From a virus (Duplodnaviria > Caudoviricetes): 64,000 bases of DNA. The first letter of the stretch is position 1. Every line of letters starts with the position of its first letter. The notes below the pieces were generated by a model, which ran no database searches, had not been told where the DNA came from, and worked only from the letters and a program-made list of their open reading frames with translations. Of the stretch, positions 45,394-54,400 are shown in pieces. The position numbers were made by a program, and so were the translations under genes. Location: IMG/VR virus record IMGVR_UViG_3300016471_001002, positions 96,001-160,000 of that record. The stretch is one strand, 5' to 3'.

Positions 45394-46340
45394 AGTTTTT
45401 TTAACCTTCTGGTTTCCCACCCCTTTTTAAGTCTCTCGCTTCTTTGCTCGGGTGTGAGTTCAGCTAATTTCGATTTTATAGATTCACTTGTTTTTTTCTT
45501 ATGTTCAGGATCCTCCCACAATTTTTTTCTTATTTCGCTCATTTTTTCTCTATATTCAGGATCCTCCCACGATTTTTTTCTTATTTCACTCATTTTTTCT
45601 TTGAACTCAGGATCCTCCCATTTCTTTTTGTTGGCTTCGCTTTGTTTTCTTTTGTATTCAGGATCGTTTCGTATTTTTTTCATTTTGTGATCCGGATTTT
45701 CCCAGGATTTTCTAATAGATTCTTTATGCTTTTCCTTGATCTCAGGTTTTTTTAGAGAATCTTTGATAGCTTCGCTGTGCTTCTTTAATAATTCAGGATC
45801 TTCCCAAACTTTTTGTTGTTGTTCACTGCATTTTTTTCTGAGTTCAGGGTCACTCCAAGTTTTCTTAAATGATTCACTCATCCTTTCCTTGAATTCAGGA
45901 TTCTCCCATTTCTTTCTTTTTGTTGCCTTCATTCTTTCTTTTCTATCCTGGTTTTCCCAAGATTTTTTTTGTAATTCACTCATCCTTTCTTTGAACTCAG
46001 GATTTTCCCACTTCTTTTTACAGGCCTCTCTTTGTTCTTCGTTCCATTTGTAGCCTGTTGTTCCATCTCCGCCAAGGGTAAAATTGGCACCACCTTCACC
46101 AAAATCAACATGGGTTTTTAGTTCCTGGATAAGTTCGACTTCTTTATCAAATGCCTCTTGTTGATTGATGGTTTCAAATAGGACTTTCCTAACCATGCCA
46201 TGCTTATTTTTGATTTTGGCGTGAAGAGGATTTCTTTTTGATTTTCTCACTCTACAATCTACACCTTTTCCAACATAAAAAGGTCTTCCATCATCCTCTC
46301 GATAATCAACATAAACAAAGAATTTTTGTTCGGTTTCCAT
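45366..46340 (-). mobile_element. GIY-YIG-family homing endonuclease with WEDPE repeats
   Basis: FFVYVD..FYVGKG..R..E..NFTLGGDG; about eleven 17-aa repeats; start placed at METEQ. Confidence 0.75.
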
Positions 46341-46515
46341 ATCCATAAATATGGAAAAAGATTATAAAAAGCCATATTTTTATATGGTTTCGTGTAAATT
46401 TTCAGATTTTTATATACTGTTTCTACTAATAAAAAGTATGAAGAATATTTCTGGCGATCATAACGAGTTAAGCTTCATGAAAACCATCGGGAAAATCGAG
46501 GCTGAAAAATAAATC

Positions 46516-46731
46516 ATGGAACTCCGCATCGGTGATCAATGCTCAATTTGGAACGGAAATTCATCCATCTCAGATTCACGAAACTGGCTCATCGGCATCG
46601 TGATGAAAAAGAAGAACCACAAATACTGGAATGAAACTCGATACCAAGTTTTCTGGCACGATTTGTTAAAAGATACTACGTGGTACACTGCGAATGAGAT
46701 CAAATTAGATGAAACTCGGTTCTCTCGTTAA
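46516..46731 (+). CDS. Small SH3/KOW-like protein
   Basis: LRIGDQC, IGIVMK, YQVFW. Confidence 0.58.
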   Translation: MELRIGDQCSIWNGNSSISDSRNWLIGIVMKKKNHKYWNETRYQVFWHDLLKDTTWYTANEIKLDETRFSR

Positions 46732-46900
46732 AATCCACCCAATCGATCATCTTTCACGTGAATTCCGCGGTGAACTTGGAACTCTATTAGATCTAGAGAT
46801 TCACAACTATCTCTCAGAGAAATTCTATTACGCAAAAGTGATGCTCCTCTCAGGGAAGATTATCTTCACCTCCCAAAATTCGCTGGAATTTATCAGTTAA
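46709..46900 (+). CDS. Small SH3/KOW-like protein
   Basis: KLGSLVK, LGTLLD, LEFI. Confidence 0.6.
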   Translation: MKLGSLVKIHPIDHLSREFRGELGTLLDLEIHNYLSEKFYYAKVMLLSGKIIFTSQNSLEFIS

Positions 46901-46917
46901 AGGTAATAATTACCCCT

Positions 46918-47187
46918 ATGAAGATCACAGTTTCACAACTCCGTAAAATCATCAAGGAAGAAGTTTCTAGAATTATTGAAGAGAATATCAACATTGATCG
47001 AATGGTGCTTGATGAACACTATGAGGTTTATCAGGAAACCACTCGTAGTGGTGCAATACTCTACAAGGTGAAGTTCACTGCACCAAAGGATCTTCCACGT
47101 TTCATTTGGGTGAATCCAAATGGTTCCTGGATTGGCAGGAATTCTAAAATGCTAAACGATGATATCGTTGCGAGTGGAAATTTTTGA
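46918..47187 (+). CDS. Protein with MKITVSQLRKIIKEE leader
   Basis: ATAATTA 5 nt upstream; may extend to 47267 via a -1 frame. Confidence 0.6.
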   Translation: MKITVSQLRKIIKEEVSRIIEENINIDRMVLDEHYEVYQETTRSGAILYKVKFTAPKDLPRFIWVNPNGSWIGRNSKMLNDDIVASGNF

Positions 47188-47271
47188 AATATGATGAAGA
47201 TAGATTCCGTAATGCCATCCAAAAGATTGAAGGCAAACTAACCTTTTTAAGGGTGATGAATAATTAATCCC

Positions 47272-47343
47272 ATGAAACTCACAACGGCACAACTCAAACA
47301 AATCATCTTCACCTCCCAAAATTCTCTGGAATTTATCAATTAA
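47272..47343 (+). pseudogene. 23-aa chimeric mini-ORF MKLTTAQLKQII/FTSQNSLEFIN
   Basis: Leader-family N-terminus fused to the last 11 codons of the SH3-like gene 46709..46900. Confidence 0.65.
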
Positions 47344-47360
47344 AGGTAATAATTACCCCT

Positions 47361-48107
47361 ATGAAGATTACCGTATCGCAACTCCGTAAGATCATCCGTG
47401 AAGAAGTGCAGAGGAACATCTCTGAAGCCAAGTTCAACGTGGGTGATAAGGTAGAGGAAAAAGGAACCGATTCCGGTTGGTGGGAGGTTCTAGAATTAAT
47501 TCCCGATAATAGAACAGGTAAAACCGTTGCCAAATTACAAATGTTTCAACCTGTGGGTGGTAGAACACCAATCACACACGTAACAACGGATAAACTTGCT
47601 AAAGTTAGAGAATCTCTATCACATCCAGGTTCTTCACCCCTGAAGGATGGTGGTGTTGTTAACCGTGAATCCGGAGAGATTCTGGTTATGGATAGTGTTC
47701 CTCCTCAATACCTCGATCACATTGAGGTTGATGAGATGGGTTATACCACACTTCCAAATGATAAGTTTGAGGAACTTCGTGGTGAATTGAAGGGATTATC
47801 CGCAGGGAAACCAAAGAAACAACGATTAGCACCCTTCCAACTCAACAAGGGATCCAAGGGTTTCAATGATTACATCCGGGATGTTGATAGGGATATGCCA
47901 ACCTCATGGGATTCTCCAGATCCTCAGGATGTTCACGATGAATTTCTTAAGTTAAGGGATTATGATGGTGAAGTTCCACTCAAAATGCTAGCGGCCGGCT
48001 TAGGGGTAGAACCCAACCAAATCGATTGGAACGGAACCGGTTTAAGGGTGATGAACGGTGTTGTTACTGAACTCATCGGCGATACCCCCTACAGAACCAA
48101 TAGGTGA
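47361..48107 (+). CDS. Protein with MKITVSQLRKIIREE leader, an SH3/KOW-like domain and unknown C-terminal region
   Basis: Leader then FNVGDKVE...WEVLE. Confidence 0.65.
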   Translation: MKITVSQLRKIIREEVQRNISEAKFNVGDKVEEKGTDSGWWEVLELIPDNRTGKTVAKLQMFQPVGGRTPITHVTTDKLAKVRESLSHPGSSPLKDGGVVNRESGEILVMDSVPPQYLDHIEVDEMGYTTLPNDKFEELRGELKGLSAGKPKKQRLAPFQLNKGSKGFNDYIRDVDRDMPTSWDSPDPQDVHDEFLKLRDYDGEVPLKMLAAGLGVEPNQIDWNGTGLRVMNGVVTELIGDTPYRTNR

Positions 48108-48143
48108 TCATCAGCACAAAAGGTAACCCACATTTAACTTTCG

Positions 48144-48178
48144 TGCAAAATACCTCATGGCGATGTTAAAATACCTCC
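48144..48178 (+). promoter_or_regulatory. Promoter TGCAAA-N17-TAAAAT-N6-ATG
   Basis: Conserved geometry, extended -10. Confidence 0.78.
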
Positions 48179-48403
48179 ATGGCTCCACAACTCGGTGATC
48201 TAATCCACATCATAAAAGATACCCACGGCTACCCAGATAACTGGATCCGCGGCACAGATCCAATCAGATTCCCAAACGGCTCCACTGGCATCCTACTGGA
48301 TATCAAACCTTCATCCACAGATGAACCACGAACCTTCTACAAGGTTGCCACCCCACAAGGCACGGTATCCATCTTCGAAGGCTTCACAGAACTCATCAAA
48401 TAA
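48179..48403 (+). CDS. Small SH3/KOW-like protein
   Basis: QLGDLIH, STGILLD, KVATPQG. Confidence 0.6.
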   Translation: MAPQLGDLIHIIKDTHGYPDNWIRGTDPIRFPNGSTGILLDIKPSSTDEPRTFYKVATPQGTVSIFEGFTELIK

Positions 48404-48415
48404 CGGATCAACACC

Positions 48416-48604
48416 ATGAACATCGGCGATCTTGTTCACGTAAGAAAATCTAACGTGTTTCACCAACTCGGCCTCGGGATCATCCTAGAACTTCACGCCG
48501 AACCCGATCGAACCTACTGCGATGTGTTCTTCCCAGACAGCGGAGAAACCTACGGGATCTTCGATAGAGATCTAGAAAAACTATCGGATCAACACGGAAG
48601 GTAA
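48416..48604 (+). CDS. Small SH3/KOW-like protein
   Basis: NIGDLVH, LGIILE, DLEKL. Confidence 0.62.
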   Translation: MNIGDLVHVRKSNVFHQLGLGIILELHAEPDRTYCDVFFPDSGETYGIFDRDLEKLSDQHGR

Positions 48605-48756
48605 CCCACATTTACCTTTCGTGCACAAAGAATAAACCACACCACTGCATCATACTGGATGCGGGGTTTTCGGAGGACGATGAGTACTTCTACCAGGTTC
48701 TCGCAGGTGAAAAGGTGGTTTGGATACGGGCAGAATACCTCACGGAGGTAAAGTGA
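48568..48756 (+). pseudogene. SH3-like open frame lacking a canonical start
   Basis: Hand translation ..KTIGSTRKVTHIYLSCTKNKPHHCIILDAGFSEDDEYFYQVLAGEKVVWIRAEYLTEVK; stop overlaps GTG of next gene. Confidence 0.45.
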
Positions 48757-49657
48757 ACCCAGGCGATCTGTGTATGGCCCAGGATTGGGCTCCAGATTAC
48801 AACTTTGTGAGGGGAACAAAACACCCCAATGTCACTACCAAAAAGATCCAACACAAACAGTTGTACATATTCCTAGGAATGGATACAGAAGAACAACACA
48901 TGGGTAGGTACTTACTTCCCGACGGCGGTGTGTGGTTGTCCGACCCAATGTTCATGGAGGTTCTATGATGAAACCAAACTCAGGTGACATGATTCTCATC
49001 CCAAAGGGCCGGCACTTCTACGGTCCTTCCTGGAAGGTGGGAGATGACCCACCTAGATTCCAACGAGACACCATCGGGGTGTTTATCGAGGTGATGAAGA
49101 GTGATGTGTACGAAACACGAGAGTTCTGGAGGATCTTCACGGAGATGGGTCCTGGGATCATCAACTCGAAGTTCTGTGAGGCGGTGAGGTGAAGCCCGGT
49201 GATATGGTTCGTCTCAAACGAGACATGGACTTAGAAATTGACGTATATTCGCACTGGGATAAACCTGCTCCTATTTTAGAAGAATTAGGAACGGTATCTC
49301 CTGGTCGGTTGTACCTGGTCCTAGATGTGGGCCGGGATGACCTAAATCTGAAGGGTGTTAAGGTCTTTGACGGTGTCATCGCGGGATGGACCTATGAAGA
49401 GTTCATGGAAGCTGTGTGAAGATCAGACGGTGACCATGTACCTCCGCCCCGGTGACCTGATCTGCTACGTACCGGGAGACTCAGAGAATTCACAGCAGAT
49501 GGGCGCGACGGAAGATATTCCTTACGGAACCACAGGGGTTTTTCTGGGATTAGGATCCGGTTGGGAGAAGTTCGTGGCAGGCTGTGAACCTGTCGACGTG
49601 TTGATAGAAGGTAGGGTGATACGGCTCTACATGGATGAGGTTAGGAAAGTTGCTTAA
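48753..49657 (+). other. Four small SH3/KOW-like genes (48753..48968, 48965..49192, 49189..49419, 49436..49657)
   Basis: NPGDLC, NSGDMIL, KPGDMVR, RPGDLIC starts; G-x-W hairpins; MEVL/CEAV/MEAV ends. Confidence 0.6.
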
Positions 49658-49659
49658 AC

Positions 49660-51489
49660 TTATGATAGTTTTTCGATGGAAATGAAATTATTATTATAAC
49701 TTGCTCCCACTATCAAAGTGATTTTCCATGCAATCAAATTTGAAGTATCCATCAACAACCAGGTGTCTGTCGCTCCTGAAGTTTCAAAATTATGACCTGC
49801 TTGAATATATGTTGGAGTTGTCGTAATCGAAACTGGTGATGCTTGGCTAATCGTAGCACCACCAGTTCCATTATATGAATAAACCCCGCTACCATACACA
49901 CTATAAGTTCCAGAAACTGTTGATAATTGTAGACTTCTATTACCGCTAGTGGACATTCTTGCTTTTAAATTTCCAAGAGTAACATCACTGCCGGCGTTCA
50001 CAAATCCGGATGCACTGTTAGTTCCAATTGTAATTGAACCATTTGATCCTGTCGTGACAGTGATGTTATTTCCTGCTTTAAGATATGAAGTTCCATCAGA
50101 TAATTGAGTTAAAGAACCGCTTAATCCTTGATTGAACTTGACAGATTCTGAAAATGTTGTAGCCCCTGCAACTCCGGAGCTTCCTGCTCCCGAAGATCCT
50201 GTAGTTAACAGCCTAACCGTTATGATGTCTTCCGCGTTAAGAGCCGTATTAAAATGTATGACCGTGTTTTCTGGAACTGTGTAATCTTTGTCGTTTCCTG
50301 CAACTAATAGTTGTCCGTTGATATAAACGTCGACGTCTGATTGAGGGTTATATCCGGAAATTAATCTTCCTATTGAAGAAACGTCGATATTTCCTGAAGC
50401 ATCTTGCGATGTTCCATAAAAATATCCTTTCGAATAAATTTGAGATTCTGAAGTATTAGACGATCCTGTAACGGTTGATTCAACAGTAATTGATCCATTG
50501 GATCCTGTAGTTATTCTTATGCCGCTCCCAGCGATAAGATATGACGTTCCATCAGTTAACTTCGTTAATGAACCACTAAGACCAGCAACATGCTTAGTAA
50601 CACCTGTAAAAGTTGAACCGCTGATGGTTGCAACGACTGAATCATCAATTGAAACTGTATAATTACTGCCCGGACCACCGTTTGATGCTCTTAATCCAGT
50701 TCCTACAGTAAAAACTCTTTCTGAAGACAATGATCCCGTCGCAGATAGGACGAGATATTGGGAATCAGAATCTCCGCCGCGGGCGTTTGAATTACTTACT
50801 CCGCTAGATCCTGAACTGATGACCTCTGCGGCCATCTTTCCGACATAAGCAAATGCTCTAGCAAAAGCGGGTATTTTTGTTGCGCTGTAATCTTGTAAAA
50901 ACAAGATGCCGTTGTAGTAATCTACGTTCCAGTCGACGTTGTCTAACAATGGTATTTCATCGCCAACCCCGCCTGATCCGTCATCTTTGTATATTTTTAC
51001 GATGTATGGATTCGGCGCAGTTTGCGAATAAAATGGAGGAACTAATTGTAGTTGTCCTAAAGATTCATGAACTAATTTATTGTTATTAAAAACTCCATTA
51101 CCAATCCTTGAATTGTTTGAAATAGATTGGTAATTTGAAGGAAGAACGAATTTATAAGCATGAGGACCTGCAGACTGCAAGTCTTCTCCTGTATCAGTTC
51201 CTGAACCGCCTCCGGAAACGTTAGCGTCATATGTAGTACCAGTTAACGCAGTTAATACGAACTGAATATATTCGACAGTACCATTGTCTCCAGCAGATGC
51301 GCTTTGGACGAGATATAATGTTTGAGAAGGAGAATTAGGTATCGGTTCTCCGAATATAATGCCTGTCGACGTCTGTATGTTTGACCCTATTACCTCTTCA
51401 CCATCAATTTTTAAGTTGGAGGTATGAGCCTTGCCGAGTAATTTTTTCTGCGCAAAAAGTGTGGCGCTTGTGTCTGTTTTACCGGCCAT
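49660..51489 (-). CDS. Tail fibre / virion structural protein
   Basis: Gly/Ser/Thr-rich, two SGSLTxLxDGTSYLxAG repeats, DVYINGQLL..DY domain. Confidence 0.65.
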   Translation of the reverse strand: MAGKTDTSATLFAQKKLLGKAHTSNLKIDGEEVIGSNIQTSTGIIFGEPIPNSPSQTLYLVQSASAGDNGTVEYIQFVLTALTGTTYDANVSGGGSGTDTGEDLQSAGPHAYKFVLPSNYQSISNNSRIGNGVFNNNKLVHESLGQLQLVPPFYSQTAPNPYIVKIYKDDGSGGVGDEIPLLDNVDWNVDYYNGILFLQDYSATKIPAFARAFAYVGKMAAEVISSGSSGVSNSNARGGDSDSQYLVLSATGSLSSERVFTVGTGLRASNGGPGSNYTVSIDDSVVATISGSTFTGVTKHVAGLSGSLTKLTDGTSYLIAGSGIRITTGSNGSITVESTVTGSSNTSESQIYSKGYFYGTSQDASGNIDVSSIGRLISGYNPQSDVDVYINGQLLVAGNDKDYTVPENTVIHFNTALNAEDIITVRLLTTGSSGAGSSGVAGATTFSESVKFNQGLSGSLTQLSDGTSYLKAGNNITVTTGSNGSITIGTNSASGFVNAGSDVTLGNLKARMSTSGNRSLQLSTVSGTYSVYGSGVYSYNGTGGATISQASPVSITTTPTYIQAGHNFETSGATDTWLLMDTSNLIAWKITLIVGASYNNNFISIEKLS

Positions 51490-51490
51490 T

Positions 51491-54400
51491 TTAACTCCAG
51501 GTTATACTAATCCTATCTAAATAGCCAGTCCAGTCTTCAGATGCTGAAATTTTTACTACGATGTATTCAGCTCCTGATATTGTACCATCTGCTGTCGCAC
51601 CATTGAATGTGCACGTATTAGTCACACCGCTGACTGTCACTGTAGAATTTAAATCTCCACTTAAACAACCATCTCCTTCATTGAAATTTCCTGAACCTGC
51701 CGACGGCTTTCCTAAATCCAACAACCCTGTTTTTCCTGGTATACCAACTTCTACGAAAACATTCTTATTTGCCCCAAGAACCGCCGCGTTTGCTCCGGTT
51801 TTTCCAACAATTGTTGCGTCTCCGAATAATGTAACTTGAACGCTGGGTCTGTCATTTACAGTGTTGTTTAAAAATCCTCTAAAATAATTTCTTGTGGAAT
51901 TTGTTAATGAACTATAGTTAACGTTTCCAGCAGGAGACTCTATTGATCCACCCTCAATATGATTCCTGAAATCTCCATCAACTCCACCATCTTTAGGCGC
52001 TAATAGATAAGTGTCATACACCAGCAATCCCGTAGCGTAGGTTGGGTTTCCAACTTGATCGTCCATGCTTATGGTAGAATCCCAAGTTTTTGTACCGCCT
52101 GTTATATCTGATTGAGCAGTATAAGATCCACTTGTGAGTCTGTACGTTTCACTCGTAAAGTATTCATCTGTATTAGCATTGCTCGTGTTTACAGGGGTCC
52201 ACACTAACATATTTGTTGTAAGCTGAGAGGACAAAGTAAGAGTAGATTTTAGAGGGTGTAAAAACACCATTGCTCCGCCACAACTATACGCTGTTGTATA
52301 ATTTCCAGGTAAAGATTTTGTTCGCGTAAAGTTTATAGTTCCGCTAACGTGTAACAATTCATTTTGGCTATCTAAGTTTGTATTCAACGTTTGAAGACTG
52401 TCTGTTGTAGCATTTGTAGTCTTCGTCGAAGATAATCCAGAACCTGACTGGATAATTTGGGCTGCAGTTGCATTTGTTAGACTTGCGAAAGAAATTGCAG
52501 TTGAGCTATTGGAATAAACGTTCTTATAAATGTTCGATATTCTAGTTCTTATGCTTCCTGATGGGGAATTAAAGAACTTAACTCCGCTCATGTATGAGAA
52601 TGAATCATCACCAAATATTGACAGTCCATTGCCGGCAGAAGAAAGAGCATTTGAATCGGGATCATTAACCCACTCGACATAATTGGTTGTTCTGTTAACG
52701 CCGTTTACTGTGTGATATACACGTAAGTAATTCCAACCAGTTCTTTGATTGGCGGGTACGACTCTGTACCTGGCAGTTCTCTGTATTTCTGAATATCTTG
52801 GGACACCATTGTCAAACAAACCTGGGCCCCACGTGCTTAAAGCGATGAAACCTGAACCATTTGCATTTAAACTTGTACCTGTTCCTGCACCTGGCGATCC
52901 GACCCCTACGAGGTTATAAGATCCGGTTAATTCGACAGCATGTATTACGCTTCCGTTTACTTCGAGACTAATGCTTCCACTGTTGGCATCTGAAAATGCG
53001 TTTGCGACGTAGTCCTGACCTGGTGACGTCACATCTTCATTTAAATCACCTTCCATGGTTGTCGCGCCGGCGAATACTGCTCTTCGAAGATTTGCACCTG
53101 ATGTTGCAACTTGATATATTGCGTTAAGATCCGCCGCAGAGAATCCTGCGTCTGTCGAAGAATTCGTGTATCCCGTTATAGATTTCGAAGAACCGAAAGA
53201 AAGTCTTGCAGTCGTCCCAGTGTTGTCAGAATCTATATTGTCTAAATCAGGGACTGGTGTTAAAGTTCCAGTACCCGCGCCGAAGTCTACAGTGATAGAA
53301 GAAACGTTACCTGTCCAAGAAGCGTCTGCTAGTATCTTTAAGACGACATACTCATTGTTGTCTACTGAAACATTTCCAAAGTTTAAATAGTTTGTAGCGT
53401 TTAAAGTACTGTCAAAACTTAGTAAGGCATTAGAAACATACGCACCGGCTCCTTCTTGCACGTTATCTAATACGAAAGGTAGCGCCACGTCCATCCAGCC
53501 CGTTTTACCAGGTATTTTAATAAAACACTTGATTCTTGACGCGTTGAACGCTGTCGCATTAGAGACTATAGTCGATGATCCATTCATCGCCAAAGACAGG
53601 TCGTATTGTGCCCCAGATGTGTTTTTAAACCATCTATAAAATGTTCTTGTGCCTGTTATACCAGAATAATTTGGATTTTCATTAGGACCTCCTGAGAATA
53701 CGGAGAAGTTACCTCCATTCACAGCGTTCTTTGGAGATACCAGAGTCGTGTTATAGAATTGTAGTCCGTCAGAGTGGCCTCCATTTGAAGAAGTCATGAA
53801 AACTTGTGAGTTCCAAACATTCGATGCATTAATGACATCGGCCTGAGCGTCATATGATCCTGATACTATTCTGTAGTTTTCTCTTCTAAATGTTTCAACT
53901 AGTTCAGTCGATGTATTCGCATAATTGTATGCTAATATTTGAGAAGTTGTTGCTTGTCCACCATTAGATAAATTTGACTTAAGAGGATGAGTAACATTGA
54001 CCCCTGCAGTTATTGACCCACTGACCAAATAATCTACGTTGATTGCTGCAGATGAAGTTATATGTAAAGATTTGGAATGATTTTCTCCTGCAGCAGTATT
54101 GATTGTCGGTTTAGCCTGGTTTGCAAAACTAAAGTTTAATCCTGAACTTGCGGCAGATGAATTGGACGTCGTAAAGCTAATTGCAGTGGTGTCATAAACG
54201 TATTTGTAAGCGTTATCAACTTTAACTTTGTAGGTTAATGTTCCGCTTTGGAAATATTCGACGCCAGAAAGATGTATGGATCCTGAACCAGTAAAGGATA
54301 ATGAGCTATTGCTTGCAGATAAAGCGTTAGCATTGTTATCGTTAACCCATTCGACATAGTTCGTTTGAACTTGTGATGATCCTTTATTGTGTATGACTTG

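Larger units (their letters stand above)
46862..47368 (+). repeat. 64-bp direct repeat (46862..46925 and 47305..47368, 2 mismatches), continuing as diverged leader codons
   Basis: Aligned by eye; period 443 bp. Confidence 0.9.
48120..48625 (+). repeat. 28-bp direct repeat (48120..48147 and 48598..48625, 1 mismatch) flanking two small genes
   Basis: AAGGTAACCCACATTTA(A/C)CTTTCGTGCA. Confidence 0.85.

Noticed and set aside
34258-46346. CRISPR-like 51-bp repeats in the three minus-strand genes
   Set aside because: They are in-frame 17-aa coding repeats of the endonucleases.
47247-48054. 14-bp repeat TTAAGGGTGATGAA (both readable as LRVMN)
   Set aside because: Several 14-mer matches are expected by chance in 64 kb and the flanks do not align.
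24881-49657. True integron cassette array
   Set aside because: No intergenic attC inverted repeats (genes overlap) and no tyrosine integrase is visible.
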